The notes: generated from the sequence alone by a model not told the origin. A DNA stretch of 64,000 bases from Candidatus Uhrbacteria bacterium (GCA_018673485.1 JABHCP010000001.1:3512-67511); one strand, 5' to 3'; counted from the stretch's first letter, positions 19,938 to 29,189 are shown. Made by a program: numbers and translations.

Positions 19938-21749
19938 TTATGAACTAAAGAAGGAACACGCGTTGTCCGATGGCGCTCCATTGCAACAATAAGGGTAATC
20001 ACTATCTGTACCACAGCTTCCTCCAGAAGTATCTGGCCCTTCTCCTGGTGCAAAACAATTTTGATACTGGTTCTTTACCCCATCCCCAACATCTGTTGTG
20101 TAATAATATGTAGCTGTATCAACACTTTCAAAAAATACTCCATGATAGATCTCTGCCTGAGTTACAACTGGGCTTAAACCAGTTTCTGACGTGTCACCAC
20201 CAAATATATCTAACGAATTTGACCAAACCGTATACCACATCTCATGCAACGGGCTTGAAGTAAGGTCGATGAAATTTTCTGTGTCGGTTGAGCTTGTAAG
20301 CGTTGACGTCATCATTATTGAATCAAAGGTAACTAGAACTGTTTGATCCAAAGCCACATCTTCTTCCAAAATATTTGGAGAAATATCGACTATCACAGGT
20401 GCGTCCAAGCTGATATCACCCGTTGTTGTAAAACTCCACACATAATCGTCACCAGCTGTACCATCGCCGTCACCATCGAGCCCGTTACCGGACGTATCAG
20501 CTATTCCGTCATAAGGAGAAATATCAACCTGCGGTGGCTCGGCCCCTATTGTCGGTGCACCAACAGTTACAGTAATTGGCTGACTGCCGGGTAAACAATA
20601 AATTGTTTGTCCGCAAGAGTTTGTGCCACAAGGGTCGTCTGACGTAAACGTGACTGTTCTATAACCATTACTAATTACATATTCACCGGCAGTTGGTGTT
20701 CCGCTATCACCCGTAACTTGGATGTTGTCAAAACCTGAATCGGTACCGCGTATACCTGTGGCACTAGTTAAGTCCACCGCTTCGCTGAAGGTTATCTCGA
20801 CCGTAATGTTTCTATCATAACTTCCAGACGCTACTGGAGTGACAGTTCTAACGCTTGGTGGAGTAAGATCAATTTCAGTTCCAACTTCAAATGACCACTC
20901 GTACCCTCCGCCATTTAATACTGTAGATCCTTCGGCGGTTTTTATACTGTCGTCGAGGAACACAGTGTATGAGGTGTCGTCAGTTGGAGAACCCAAAAGC
21001 GGCGTGTCGAATACAAATGTTTTTAAATCATCAGTGAAAGTAACACTTACCTCCGTTGATGCAAACACTGTACCGTCCTCATCTGCTGATTGATAAATGA
21101 TTATATTATCTGCGTTTAGCGCGGTGTCAACCGTGTCATCTGAAAGGTCTTCTGGAGTTCCGTTCACATCGTACCCCTCAATAAATGACTCAATGTCCAT
21201 CGCTTCTTTAAAGGTAACGAAAATTCGCGTGTTGCGAGCAACCTCGGTTGCGTTACGTGCTGGGTAATGATCGCTAAGTCCGCCCGACCCTAATGAGCCT
21301 GACAATCGCTCAGCAGATATTGTAGTCGAAGAAGACGTTGACGATGTGCCGGTGCTTGAAATTGCTCCAGTCAACGCACTAATGATAAATGCAGTAATCG
21401 CATATGCCCCCAATGTGATAATCAAACCAATGGTTGCGTTGATAAGTATTGTCTTTGCCTTGTCGACCTTGTCGCCCTCGCCACCGGCTGTCATCCAAAG
21501 GAATCCAGCATACAGAACGAGAAGTAAGAAGATGACTCCTAATGTACTTAGGAATACTTTTATAATTGTCCCGATGAGTTCTGCTAAGTCTGTATCTTGA
21601 AGTCCTGATGCATCTCCGGTAGCTTCCAGTCCTTCAGCGACTTGCGCGAATGCAGGTACTGCACTAAAAACAAAAAGCATCAGTACAAAAAAACTGACAC
21701 CTACCATCAACATACTCGCTTTGGGTAGAAGCGCTCTAAATATATTCAT
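19938..21749 (-). CDS. 603 aa surface protein sharing the N-terminal two-helix module with the giant protein; Ig-like domains
   Basis: N-terminus LGVIFLLLVLYAGFLWMTAGGEGDKVDKAKTILINATIGLIITL is paralogous to that of the 9933..19928 protein; S/T linker; Big-like domains (VTFKEAMD, ITFSEAVD). Confidence 0.8.
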   Translation of the reverse strand: MNIFRALLPKASMLMVGVSFFVLMLFVFSAVPAFAQVAEGLEATGDASGLQDTDLAELIGTIIKVFLSTLGVIFLLLVLYAGFLWMTAGGEGDKVDKAKTILINATIGLIITLGAYAITAFIISALTGAISSTGTSSTSSSTTISAERLSGSLGSGGLSDHYPARNATEVARNTRIFVTFKEAMDIESFIEGYDVNGTPEDLSDDTVDTALNADNIIIYQSADEDGTVFASTEVSVTFTDDLKTFVFDTPLLGSPTDDTSYTVFLDDSIKTAEGSTVLNGGGYEWSFEVGTEIDLTPPSVRTVTPVASGSYDRNITVEITFSEAVDLTSATGIRGTDSGFDNIQVTGDSGTPTAGEYVISNGYRTVTFTSDDPCGTNSCGQTIYCLPGSQPITVTVGAPTIGAEPPQVDISPYDGIADTSGNGLDGDGDGTAGDDYVWSFTTTGDISLDAPVIVDISPNILEEDVALDQTVLVTFDSIMMTSTLTSSTDTENFIDLTSSPLHEMWYTVWSNSLDIFGGDTSETGLSPVVTQAEIYHGVFFESVDTATYYYTTDVGDGVKNQYQNCFAPGEGPDTSGGSCGTDSDYPYCCNGAPSDNACSFFSS

Positions 21750-21841
21750 AAATATTTCTATTGTAAGTCATTACGACTAACAACATTATACCGCAAATGC
21801 ATGATATCTTCGCGATGAAATGTGGACAAAGAACAAACCAA

Positions 21842-21870
21842 AACACCACTCGATATTTTCGAGTGGTGTT
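21842..21870 (-). terminator. rho-independent terminator after the Gly-rich giant gene
   Basis: ACACCACTCGA-tatttt-TCGAGTGGTGT, an 11 bp perfect stem followed by a T-run on the minus transcript. Confidence 0.6.
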
Positions 21871-21892
21871 TATCATTTCATCTTTCAATTTT

Positions 21893-24800
21893 CTATTGAG
21901 ATAACTCTGTGCGCTTCTTCATTACCTTACCTTCAAGATCAAGATCATCGGCCTCGTCAACATCATCTCCTTGCGTAAACCTCGGAAAAAACGTTGCCTC
22001 GACATCTATGATGTATTGGTTCCAATTGTCGCCATATAGTGTGTTTGCAACCTCTTCTGAGGCTATCCAGCGGATAGTGATTCCATCTGAATCTATTGCA
22101 TAGACCTTAGGGTCAGACTGGATCTTGATGAGTACGACACCTGGATTAGGAAGCATCGGATGTCCTAAAGTTATTGTTGTCAACGTTGCGTCCGTTACTG
22201 TCTTCACGTTATCGAAGTTATCTTGGTAGGTAAAGAATGTCTGTGCATCCATGAAAGGACGTCGGACCATATCACCTGTTGAGCTATCGGTGTCGAGGTA
22301 ATAAACAGTTGAGAAGTATGAACTTCGGATGTAATCCCCTATCTCAGTTACAGATATGTCCTCAACTTCTCCTGTCACTGGTGAGTAGCCTTGTTCTCCC
22401 GTGGTTGGTTCTGTGACCTCGGAAGTTGGATCTTCGTCGATCGTATTATCGGTTGAGTCTTCTGTGCCGTCATCCGCACCGTTGAGCGCACAACTCTCGG
22501 TCTCGAAGGTGGCTGTGATCTCTGCGAGGTCTGTTCCTTCGATCTTAAACTGTAGTGTAGATCCTGCAATGTCCGCTGGTATTGTCCAAGTGTAGTTCTC
22601 TGTGTTAGTTATTGGGCCTTCAATGAGAGTATATGTTATTCCTGCGTCTGTTGAGTAATATAGATTGACGAGGTTCACAGAAGAGTTTGAAGCCCATGCA
22701 AGGGCGATGTTCTCTCCAGGGTTGAAACCTTCTTCGCATGTTCCAGATGCACTTGAGGACTCTGAGATTGAATCTACTGGATTGTCGTCTGTTCCAGAGC
22801 CAATGGATGGGTCTGGAGCGGACGATGAGACTGAGACGCCTCCAGAGGATGCTGTTGTGAATGTGGCAGGGTGGGTAACGCCAGCAATAGCACCACCGAA
22901 TGCTGTGGCGGCGGCGTCTGCCGCTACTGTCATTGTGAATGTGTAATCTGTTGAACTTTCGAATTGGTCATGTGTGACAGTTAAAACGGTATTACCTACT
23001 GTCCATGCATCTACCTTACCTCCAGGATCTGCTGATAGCGTATATGCTGCAGTGCCTGTGTTAATAGCCTCCGAGAAAGTAACTACAATATCTTCTGAGG
23101 TTGAAACGTTTGTTTCAGCGTCAGCTGGAGAAAGGACTGTAATAACAGGACCGGTTCTGTCTCCATACACAACATTTGCGAAAGCTCCGATGTCAGTGTT
23201 TGTGTTTGTTCCATCTGTTATTGAAAAGTTTACCTGTGAAAGAACAGATAGAGTACCTGAACCTTCGTTGGTATCTACTACTGTTGCCGGAGTTGCAAGC
23301 GTAATCTCAAGACTGCCGACTGTTCCCTGAACAAGATCTGTTGTGGAACCTCCAAAGGCTAGGTTGTCGAAATCTCCGTCAACGTCCACGCTCAAGTCTG
23401 CGTAACGGATGACCGAGGCGGCTGTAATGTTTTCTGAAAATCTTAGATCAAGAGTATCTACTTTACCGTCCGCATCTTGGTCGGAATAGTTTATATCTGT
23501 AATACGAGGTTTCGCGCCGTCCGTTGCTGCTTTAGAACCTGAGGTTGTTGAGTTTGCTGAGGTATCATCGATCGATCCAGCGATTGTAATAGTGGGGGTA
23601 ACAGAAGTATCTCCAATACTCTTTTCTGTAAGAACTACTGTAATTTGTGAATCAGCAGTACGTGAGGCTGACGCTACGGTGTAGCTGTCAGAGGACGTGA
23701 AGTCAGCTCCGGCGATCGTTCCAGTTTCAACGTCTTCAGTCATTGTTAAAATAACGGCGTCGATGTAACCATCTGAATCTGTGTCATCTGTGGCCGCTGA
23801 TGAGATTGATGGGCCGTAGAGGTCAACAGCAGACAACGAACCGTCTCCACCGTTAGTAGCTGCGTCTGGTCCAGTTCCTCCAGCAGAAACAGTTGAAGCG
23901 ACAAGACTGGAAAGATAATTAGACGAATCCGCACCATAGGCAACGCGAATACGCCCTCCTCCACCTCCACCACCGTTTGTGGTTGTTCCAGAAGAATCAT
24001 GTCCGTCACCTCCAATGGCTGTAATGGCTCCACTCGTACCAGAAAAAGCACCAGCTGTTACGATTTTAATGGACCCTCCAGAACCACCACCAGTTGACTC
24101 AGTCGAATCTCCATTACCAGCAGATCCATTAGCCGTTAAAGAACCACTTACAACTATGTCACCAACTGAATCAAGAATAATTAACCCACCACCACTAGCT
24201 CCAGCTTTATTAGCTGTTCCACCAGATGAAGAACCAAAAAGTATAGGATCTGTAGAAGAACCATAACTAGCTCCGTAATCGTTTGCTAAGTTTCCTCCTG
24301 CTCCATCTCCACCTGTGCCACCGTGTCCGGCACCCTGAGTGGAAAGAATTGAGTTTGCATAACCATGACCATAACCAGATCCAACCTGACTTTGACTACA
24401 GACGTTTGATCCGCTTGGTCCAAAACCATTTCCGTTACCAACCCCTGTACATCCTTTTCCATTTGCATTGATAGCCGATGTACCATCGATTGATAACGAA
24501 GCCAAGTTTTGCCAATCAACACTTCCATTGATCGTTGAGCCTGTCATGGTAACAGCGGCAGCCTCATTCAAAGTCATCGTGATTGCGGCAGGCAAGCTAA
24601 TCGTAGCCGAGCTAAACCCAACTGTTCCAGTTGATGAAAGATCGAAGTTTGTTATCGCTTCCGTGGAGCAGTCCAATACATTTATGAATGTAATATTGGT
24701 TGCAGTAAGCGATGGCGTTGCATCTATTGATGCATCACAATACATAGACACTACAGATGAATCTGTCGTCCATGTTGTTGCAGAATAATCTCCAGTAAAG

Positions 24801-25924
24801 CTGAATCCATGATACGTAGTTACCGCATTCGTTCCTGTATTTTTTGTGTAGACCGTACCGGTACCTCCCTCATCTGCATCGTCAGGTCCAGCACCTCCCG
24901 CTACAGCAAAAACACCTGATCCATAACTTGTAAAACTGTTTACACCATAGGTTAATGCAATACGTCCCCCACCACCTCCTCCACCGTCATATCCAGCACC
25001 ATCATACCCATCACCACCATCTGCAGATAATGCTCCTGTGCTTCCGGAAAGCGCTCCTGTTACAGCGATATCAACCGATCCACCGCCACCTCCTCCAACA
25101 CCTTGATTGCTGGCTCCAGGCCCATTAGCTCCATTCGCAGAGACTGAGCCATTAAAGGTAAAACCTCCGCCTATTACTAATTTAACTAAACCGCCTCCAT
25201 CACCTCCTGTGGTACTTGTGAAACCTCCAGAAGAAGAACCAAACAAAACAGGTACTGTAGAACTACCATAAGTAGATCCATTAGCATTTAGTTCATATGA
25301 TGGCCCCAGCGCAGCATCTCCATCCCCACCAGCACCTCCGTGACCAGCACCACTACCTGAACGTAGGCTAACTCCAGCCGCACCTCCACCATACCCTGCG
25401 GTATCAACTGTGCAGACATTAAATTCATTTGGCCCAAATCCATTACTACCTGAAGCTCCCTGACACCCCTTCTCATCCACATTAATCCCATTTCCTGCGT
25501 AAATTGTAAAATTACCAGATGTAGATATTAGCACTCCCTGCATATCAAACCCTGCGGTTGGATCGTTATCCCAACCCGCTCCAGCGTGAGTTAGGAATGC
25601 ATAGTCTGATCCATCTGCCAGACCATTACCAATCGTTACAGATGCTACATTTATTTCTTTATCTAAAAGACAATATCCGTCATTATTTCCATTCAAGAAA
25701 GTGACATCATCTGACGTTGTCCATGAACCCTCATCGAGCTCGGAACCACCTGGGGCGTCTGTTGGCACAACCGGAGAAGCTGCCGTACCATCACAGTATG
25801 CAGTTATGGTTGCGGCTTGTGCCTCCGGAACATTCACCATAAAGGTGAATGGAACTAAAACCATTGCAATGATGGAAGTATTGCAAATTAATAAGGCAAG
25901 TGATCTTGTCTTCATATTTTTCAT
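21893..25924 (-). CDS. large (~1343 aa) secreted glycine-rich repeat protein
   Basis: Signal peptide MKNMKTRSLALLICNTSIIAMVLVPFTFMVNVPEAQA. Two tandem ~200 aa Gly-rich repeats (GAGHGGxGGDG...GGGGGGGRIxxxYG). S/T-rich region. Big-like domain VTFSEAINTG. An upstream in-frame ATG at 25978 is also possible. Confidence 0.8.
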   Translation of the reverse strand: MKNMKTRSLALLICNTSIIAMVLVPFTFMVNVPEAQAATITAYCDGTAASPVVPTDAPGGSELDEGSWTTSDDVTFLNGNNDGYCLLDKEINVASVTIGNGLADGSDYAFLTHAGAGWDNDPTAGFDMQGVLISTSGNFTIYAGNGINVDEKGCQGASGSNGFGPNEFNVCTVDTAGYGGGAAGVSLRSGSGAGHGGAGGDGDAALGPSYELNANGSTYGSSTVPVLFGSSSGGFTSTTGGDGGGLVKLVIGGGFTFNGSVSANGANGPGASNQGVGGGGGGSVDIAVTGALSGSTGALSADGGDGYDGAGYDGGGGGGGRIALTYGVNSFTSYGSGVFAVAGGAGPDDADEGGTGTVYTKNTGTNAVTTYHGFSFTGDYSATTWTTDSSVVSMYCDASIDATPSLTATNITFINVLDCSTEAITNFDLSSTGTVGFSSATISLPAAITMTLNEAAAVTMTGSTINGSVDWQNLASLSIDGTSAINANGKGCTGVGNGNGFGPSGSNVCSQSQVGSGYGHGYANSILSTQGAGHGGTGGDGAGGNLANDYGASYGSSTDPILFGSSSGGTANKAGASGGGLIILDSVGDIVVSGSLTANGSAGNGDSTESTGGGSGGSIKIVTAGAFSGTSGAITAIGGDGHDSSGTTTNGGGGGGGRIRVAYGADSSNYLSSLVASTVSAGGTGPDAATNGGDGSLSAVDLYGPSISSAATDDTDSDGYIDAVILTMTEDVETGTIAGADFTSSDSYTVASASRTADSQITVVLTEKSIGDTSVTPTITIAGSIDDTSANSTTSGSKAATDGAKPRITDINYSDQDADGKVDTLDLRFSENITAASVIRYADLSVDVDGDFDNLAFGGSTTDLVQGTVGSLEITLATPATVVDTNEGSGTLSVLSQVNFSITDGTNTNTDIGAFANVVYGDRTGPVITVLSPADAETNVSTSEDIVVTFSEAINTGTAAYTLSADPGGKVDAWTVGNTVLTVTHDQFESSTDYTFTMTVAADAAATAFGGAIAGVTHPATFTTASSGGVSVSSSAPDPSIGSGTDDNPVDSISESSSASGTCEEGFNPGENIALAWASNSSVNLVNLYYSTDAGITYTLIEGPITNTENYTWTIPADIAGSTLQFKIEGTDLAEITATFETESCALNGADDGTEDSTDNTIDEDPTSEVTEPTTGEQGYSPVTGEVEDISVTEIGDYIRSSYFSTVYYLDTDSSTGDMVRRPFMDAQTFFTYQDNFDNVKTVTDATLTTITLGHPMLPNPGVVLIKIQSDPKVYAIDSDGITIRWIASEEVANTLYGDNWNQYIIDVEATFFPRFTQGDDVDEADDLDLEGKVMKKRTELSQ

Positions 25925-26007
25925 GTTTAAATTGTTGGCTATATTATAGCACCGCGGAGTGCTAAAAAAAACAAACATGGGGATAGAAAAAACCCCGCAT
26001 CACACCA

Positions 26008-26075
26008 CCATCCCGAGCACAGCAAGGGATCTTCTAATTAAGAAGATTTCTCCCCCGTCAGACGGGGTTCGAAAT
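26008..26075. repeat. degenerate copy of the aaRS 3'UTR-type hairpin repeat
   Basis: Shares the ATCCCGAGC, GGGATCT and CCCCGTCAGACGGGG hairpin motifs with 29190..29296 and 51745..51852. Confidence 0.4.
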
Positions 26076-26113
26076 GGGAATATGTTACGGAGATTCTAAA
26101 ATGATTCAATTGA

Positions 26114-26560
26114 TTACTCACTTAACAATCTTGCCAACATCGCTTTCACGCGTTTGCCGTCGACCTGACCCTTGAGTTCTTCCATAACTTTACCCATCGC
26201 CTTGCCCATGCCCGACATGTCACCGACTTCAAGTTCGTCAATCACTTTCTTTACCGCCTTTTCTAAATCTTCCTCTGACATCTCAGGTGGTAAATACTTT
26301 TTTAAAACCTTCATTTCAGATCGTGCCTTGTCAGCCAAGTCCTCACGCTCCCCTTTTACAAAACTCTCAAGTGAGTCTTCGATCTTTTTCACGTCAGACT
26401 TAATCACTGCAACAACGTCAGCGTCCTCAAGCTCTTCCTTTAAATCAATTACTTTATTCTTAAGTGAGGCCATGAGCATTCGCAAAACACTAAGCGTCTC
26501 GGCATCCCTTCCCTTCATCGCTACCTTGATGTCATCAGATATTTTTTCGTACAAATTCAT
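26114..26560 (-). CDS. GatB/YqeY domain protein
   Basis: 148 aa; MNLYEKISDDIKVAMKGRDAETLSVLRMLMASLKN is typical of YqeY. Confidence 0.8.
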   Translation of the reverse strand: MNLYEKISDDIKVAMKGRDAETLSVLRMLMASLKNKVIDLKEELEDADVVAVIKSDVKKIEDSLESFVKGEREDLADKARSEMKVLKKYLPPEMSEEDLEKAVKKVIDELEVGDMSGMGKAMGKVMEELKGQVDGKRVKAMLARLLSE

Positions 26561-26574
26561 ATTTTGAATATAAA

Positions 26575-26625
26575 GTTAAAAGTTGAAAGTTGAAAGTCTA
26601 AAGCTTTAAACTTTGGACTTTAGGC
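26575..26625. repeat. tandem heptamer repeats (GTTGAAA-like)
   Basis: gttaaaagttgaaagttgaaagtctaaagctttaaactttgga; a similar array lies at 2466..2500. Confidence 0.5.
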
Positions 26626-26764
26626 TTAGTTAGAAGTATACAGTAGGCGGTTATCAGTGGCTAGGCAGTGCGGGTTTAAATTGTTTAATCGCTCGGCTCC
26701 GCCATCACTTGTTTAAAATGTTTATTTCGAAGTAAACACTTTAAACAATTTAAACATCTTAAAC

Positions 26765-26793
26765 AAAAATTAGGGCGCTAGGCCCTAATTTTT
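26765..26793 (-). terminator. rpsU terminator
   Basis: TTAGGGCgctaGCCCTAA hairpin flanked by A/T runs, immediately 3' of rpsU. Confidence 0.6.
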
Positions 26794-26795
26794 AA

Positions 26796-27053
26796 TTATC
26801 GTTTTCGGTATCCACCGCGTTTGCGGTCGTCTTCATTGATCTGACCAGTTTTGATCATCCAAGCTCGCTTATCTCCGATCTTCATACCGCGCAATGCGCT
26901 GTCCTTTCGCTTGTTTTTTGTCTTATCTTTCGCGTGATATCTCTTTCCTGCAACTGTTAACTTTTTACCAGATTGCATAAATCGACGTGAAAATCGACGA
27001 TACATCGCCTCAAAACTTTCTCCTTTTTTTCGTTTGATAAATATATCTGACAT
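26796..27053 (-). CDS. rpsU: 30S ribosomal protein S21
   Basis: 85 aa, highly basic, with the S21-like RRFxRxxxxSG and KRKxK pattern. Confidence 0.65.
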   Translation of the reverse strand: MSDIFIKRKKGESFEAMYRRFSRRFMQSGKKLTVAGKRYHAKDKTKNKRKDSALRGMKIGDKRAWMIKTGQINEDDRKRGGYRKR

Positions 27054-27214
27054 GTGCTTTCACCTTCCTTTCTCTGTTTGATAAGAATTACGCACGAATA
27101 GTAGCTTATTGATGCATAAATGTCAACAGTAAGGGTTTGAGTTGTTGAAGGTGTTTAAGGTGTTTATTTTGAAGTAAACATTTTAAACATTTAAACACTT
27201 TAAACCTTCCCCAT

Positions 27215-27252
27215 AAAAGCAAAAGTCCCACCCGAGGATCGCCAAGGGTGAG
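27215..27252 (-). terminator. terminator of GC-island gene A
   Basis: CACCCttggcgatcctcGGGTG stem followed by GACTTTTGCTTTT on the minus transcript; paralogous to the hairpin at 28093. Confidence 0.5.
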
Positions 27253-27274
27253 AATCGAATTGTCTACGTTGGAC

Positions 27275-28003
27275 CTAACTGCCCCAAATCGCCCTGCGCA
27301 CAGCTTCTTGCAAGGTCTTACCCTCACCATCATGTTGCCTAGACACAAGAGCTGTATCACCACCACCGTCGAGCTTCATCATGAAGGAAAACGAGTAGGT
27401 CCCATCGTCCAAGCACGACGCGATAGCGGTACGCTCAGCGAACTGCCTCCACAGGTTGGAGGGGAGCGCGCCGAGCAAACGCTGATCCTTCAAGATCGGG
27501 AAAAACCAATCCCCCATTTGGATATGCGTTGCACACAGTGGCCCAGCGGGAACGCCAGCGGTCTTGAGCTTGAATTGACAACCAGGCTGCAAGAACTCTC
27601 CCAGAGAAACGGGCTGAGCCAGCGGCACACGCACCCACGCCCGACTGGTATTGGGAACAAAGATGGCCAGGAATTTCTCAGGACCCGGGAAGGTGTTTGG
27701 CCAGATCATTGCCTGGACTACACCGTCAGGACACTGCTCGATGATCTCGATCGCATCGATGACAATTTCGTAGGACTCAAACTTGATCCAGGAGCCACCA
27801 GCGCCCAAGCCGACCATACACGTGACCGTAATGGAGACCTGAGAGCCATCAATGGACACGAGCTCTATCTCATAGATCTTGTTGCGATCCATACGAGCGT
27901 GCCCCTCATCGTCCACATCGCAGACCTGGACCTGATACACGACCTTGCGCTGAAACTGTGAAAGGAAACTGAACATCGTACAGGCTGATTCGATCTTAGT
28001 CAT
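27275..28003 (-). CDS. hypothetical protein, GC-rich islet paralogue A
   Basis: GC above 60% in a ~40% GC genome. RBS GGAGGTG lies 6 nt upstream of the ATG at 28003. Weak similarity to the adjacent gene (KIYEIELVSIDG versus TIYRRVDLVDLGG). The track ORF extends to 28063. Confidence 0.55.
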   Translation of the reverse strand: MTKIESACTMFSFLSQFQRKVVYQVQVCDVDDEGHARMDRNKIYEIELVSIDGSQVSITVTCMVGLGAGGSWIKFESYEIVIDAIEIIEQCPDGVVQAMIWPNTFPGPEKFLAIFVPNTSRAWVRVPLAQPVSLGEFLQPGCQFKLKTAGVPAGPLCATHIQMGDWFFPILKDQRLLGALPSNLWRQFAERTAIASCLDDGTYSFSFMMKLDGGGDTALVSRQHDGEGKTLQEAVRRAIWGS

Positions 28004-28092
28004 TAGCACCTCCAGGCAACTTGACCAGATGAGTTCTCCTAAACGGAGAAAGCACCTTAACAAACAATCGACTTTGCGTCAATCTTAGCCCT

Positions 28093-28129
28093 AAAAGCAA
28101 AAGTCCCCACCCGGCGATCCCGGGTGGAG
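28093..28129 (-). terminator. terminator of GC-island gene B
   Basis: CACCCGGcgatcCCGGGTG stem followed by GGACTTTTGCTTTT. Confidence 0.6.
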
Positions 28130-28167
28130 TTAGACGCTGACCTTGCGGTCTAGATTGTGAGCTCGAG

Positions 28168-29022
28168 CTACTCGTCGGCCTGCTCGAAGAGATGTCGGTA
28201 CTGCTCGACCCGAAAGAGGATGTCGGGAACGGTCAGATGAGCCCGGAGACGCTGCATGATAGTGACAGCCATGGGATCTCCACAGAGATACCCAGCGACA
28301 TCGATAGGTATGAAAATGATGTCTCGTGCGCCCTGAACGCCAGGAAGTCCCTCCTCGACATCGAACGAAAGCCGGAACTTGAAGCCACCTTCGCCAGTGC
28401 CGTCGAGGTGGTCCCAGTCCACGTTCGCGACCAAGGAGCCAACTCCCTCGCCGATACGAACGTTCGCAGCTACGAAACCACGGTTCATGCACATGCCAGT
28501 GGTGCCGGGAAGCTCGAAGATCACAGGAATCGGACAATTGTCTTCACCGCCGCCAGCGCACTGGGCCAACTCGGCCTGAGCTGCCGTCACGGCGCTATCT
28601 TCCCGACTCATCTCCGGACGCCAGTACGTACCACCGGCGACCAGCTCCATATATCCACCCATGGCAACCTGACGACGCCTCAGCAAGCCCACGTAGATCT
28701 CGCCGCTCGGGGACTTGGTGTAGAGAAGTAGCGCTGGGCCACCACCACCGGGCTCCCGATAAAGGATACCTGCGTAGCCACCCAGATCGACCAGGTCGAC
28801 GCGTCGGTAGATCGTCTTCTCAGGACTGACGAGCACGAAGCAGGCACGCCCCACGCTCCCATCCGGGTAACGCTTGACGTGAACCTCCCAGTCGCACATC
28901 CCCGACGGGATGTCAGCCATCAGATCGAGCTGCCAGGCGGGAAGCCCTGCCACGAACGGATCAGGGTGCTGCCAAAGCTCCAACTCGCTCACACCATCAG
29001 TCTGCGTAGTGTCATTGCACAT
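28168..29022 (-). CDS. hypothetical protein, GC-rich islet paralogue B
   Basis: 284 aa, about 65% GC, RBS GGAGAAAGG; unknown family. Confidence 0.55.
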   Translation of the reverse strand: MCNDTTQTDGVSELELWQHPDPFVAGLPAWQLDLMADIPSGMCDWEVHVKRYPDGSVGRACFVLVSPEKTIYRRVDLVDLGGYAGILYREPGGGGPALLLYTKSPSGEIYVGLLRRRQVAMGGYMELVAGGTYWRPEMSREDSAVTAAQAELAQCAGGGEDNCPIPVIFELPGTTGMCMNRGFVAANVRIGEGVGSLVANVDWDHLDGTGEGGFKFRLSFDVEEGLPGVQGARDIIFIPIDVAGYLCGDPMAVTIMQRLRAHLTVPDILFRVEQYRHLFEQADE

Positions 29023-29034
29023 ACCTTTCTCCGA

Positions 29035-29063
29035 TGTTCACTACGGTGAACACAGTGCTGTTC
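29035..29063. promoter_or_regulatory. operator-like overlapping palindromes upstream of GC-islet gene B
   Basis: TGTTCACtacgGTGAACAcagtgcTGTTCA: three alternating TGTTCA/TGAACA half-sites between the putative promoter and the RBS. Confidence 0.4.
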
Positions 29064-29189
29064 ATTTGATAGACCATGCTCCCTTATGGAAGTACCAGCT
29101 TTCTACCAAATATTAGCCACTTTGTCAACCCAAAAACCCGCCGTTTCCGACGGGTTTTTAAATTATTGTACTTCTATCCCCTCTTCGAC

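Noticed and set aside
27248-29116. Multiple long ORFs in all frames across 27.2-29.1 kb (for example 27248..27961 +, 28130..28537 -, 28192..28731 +)
   Set aside because: High GC suppresses stop codons. Only the two frames with RBS, start context and downstream terminators were kept.
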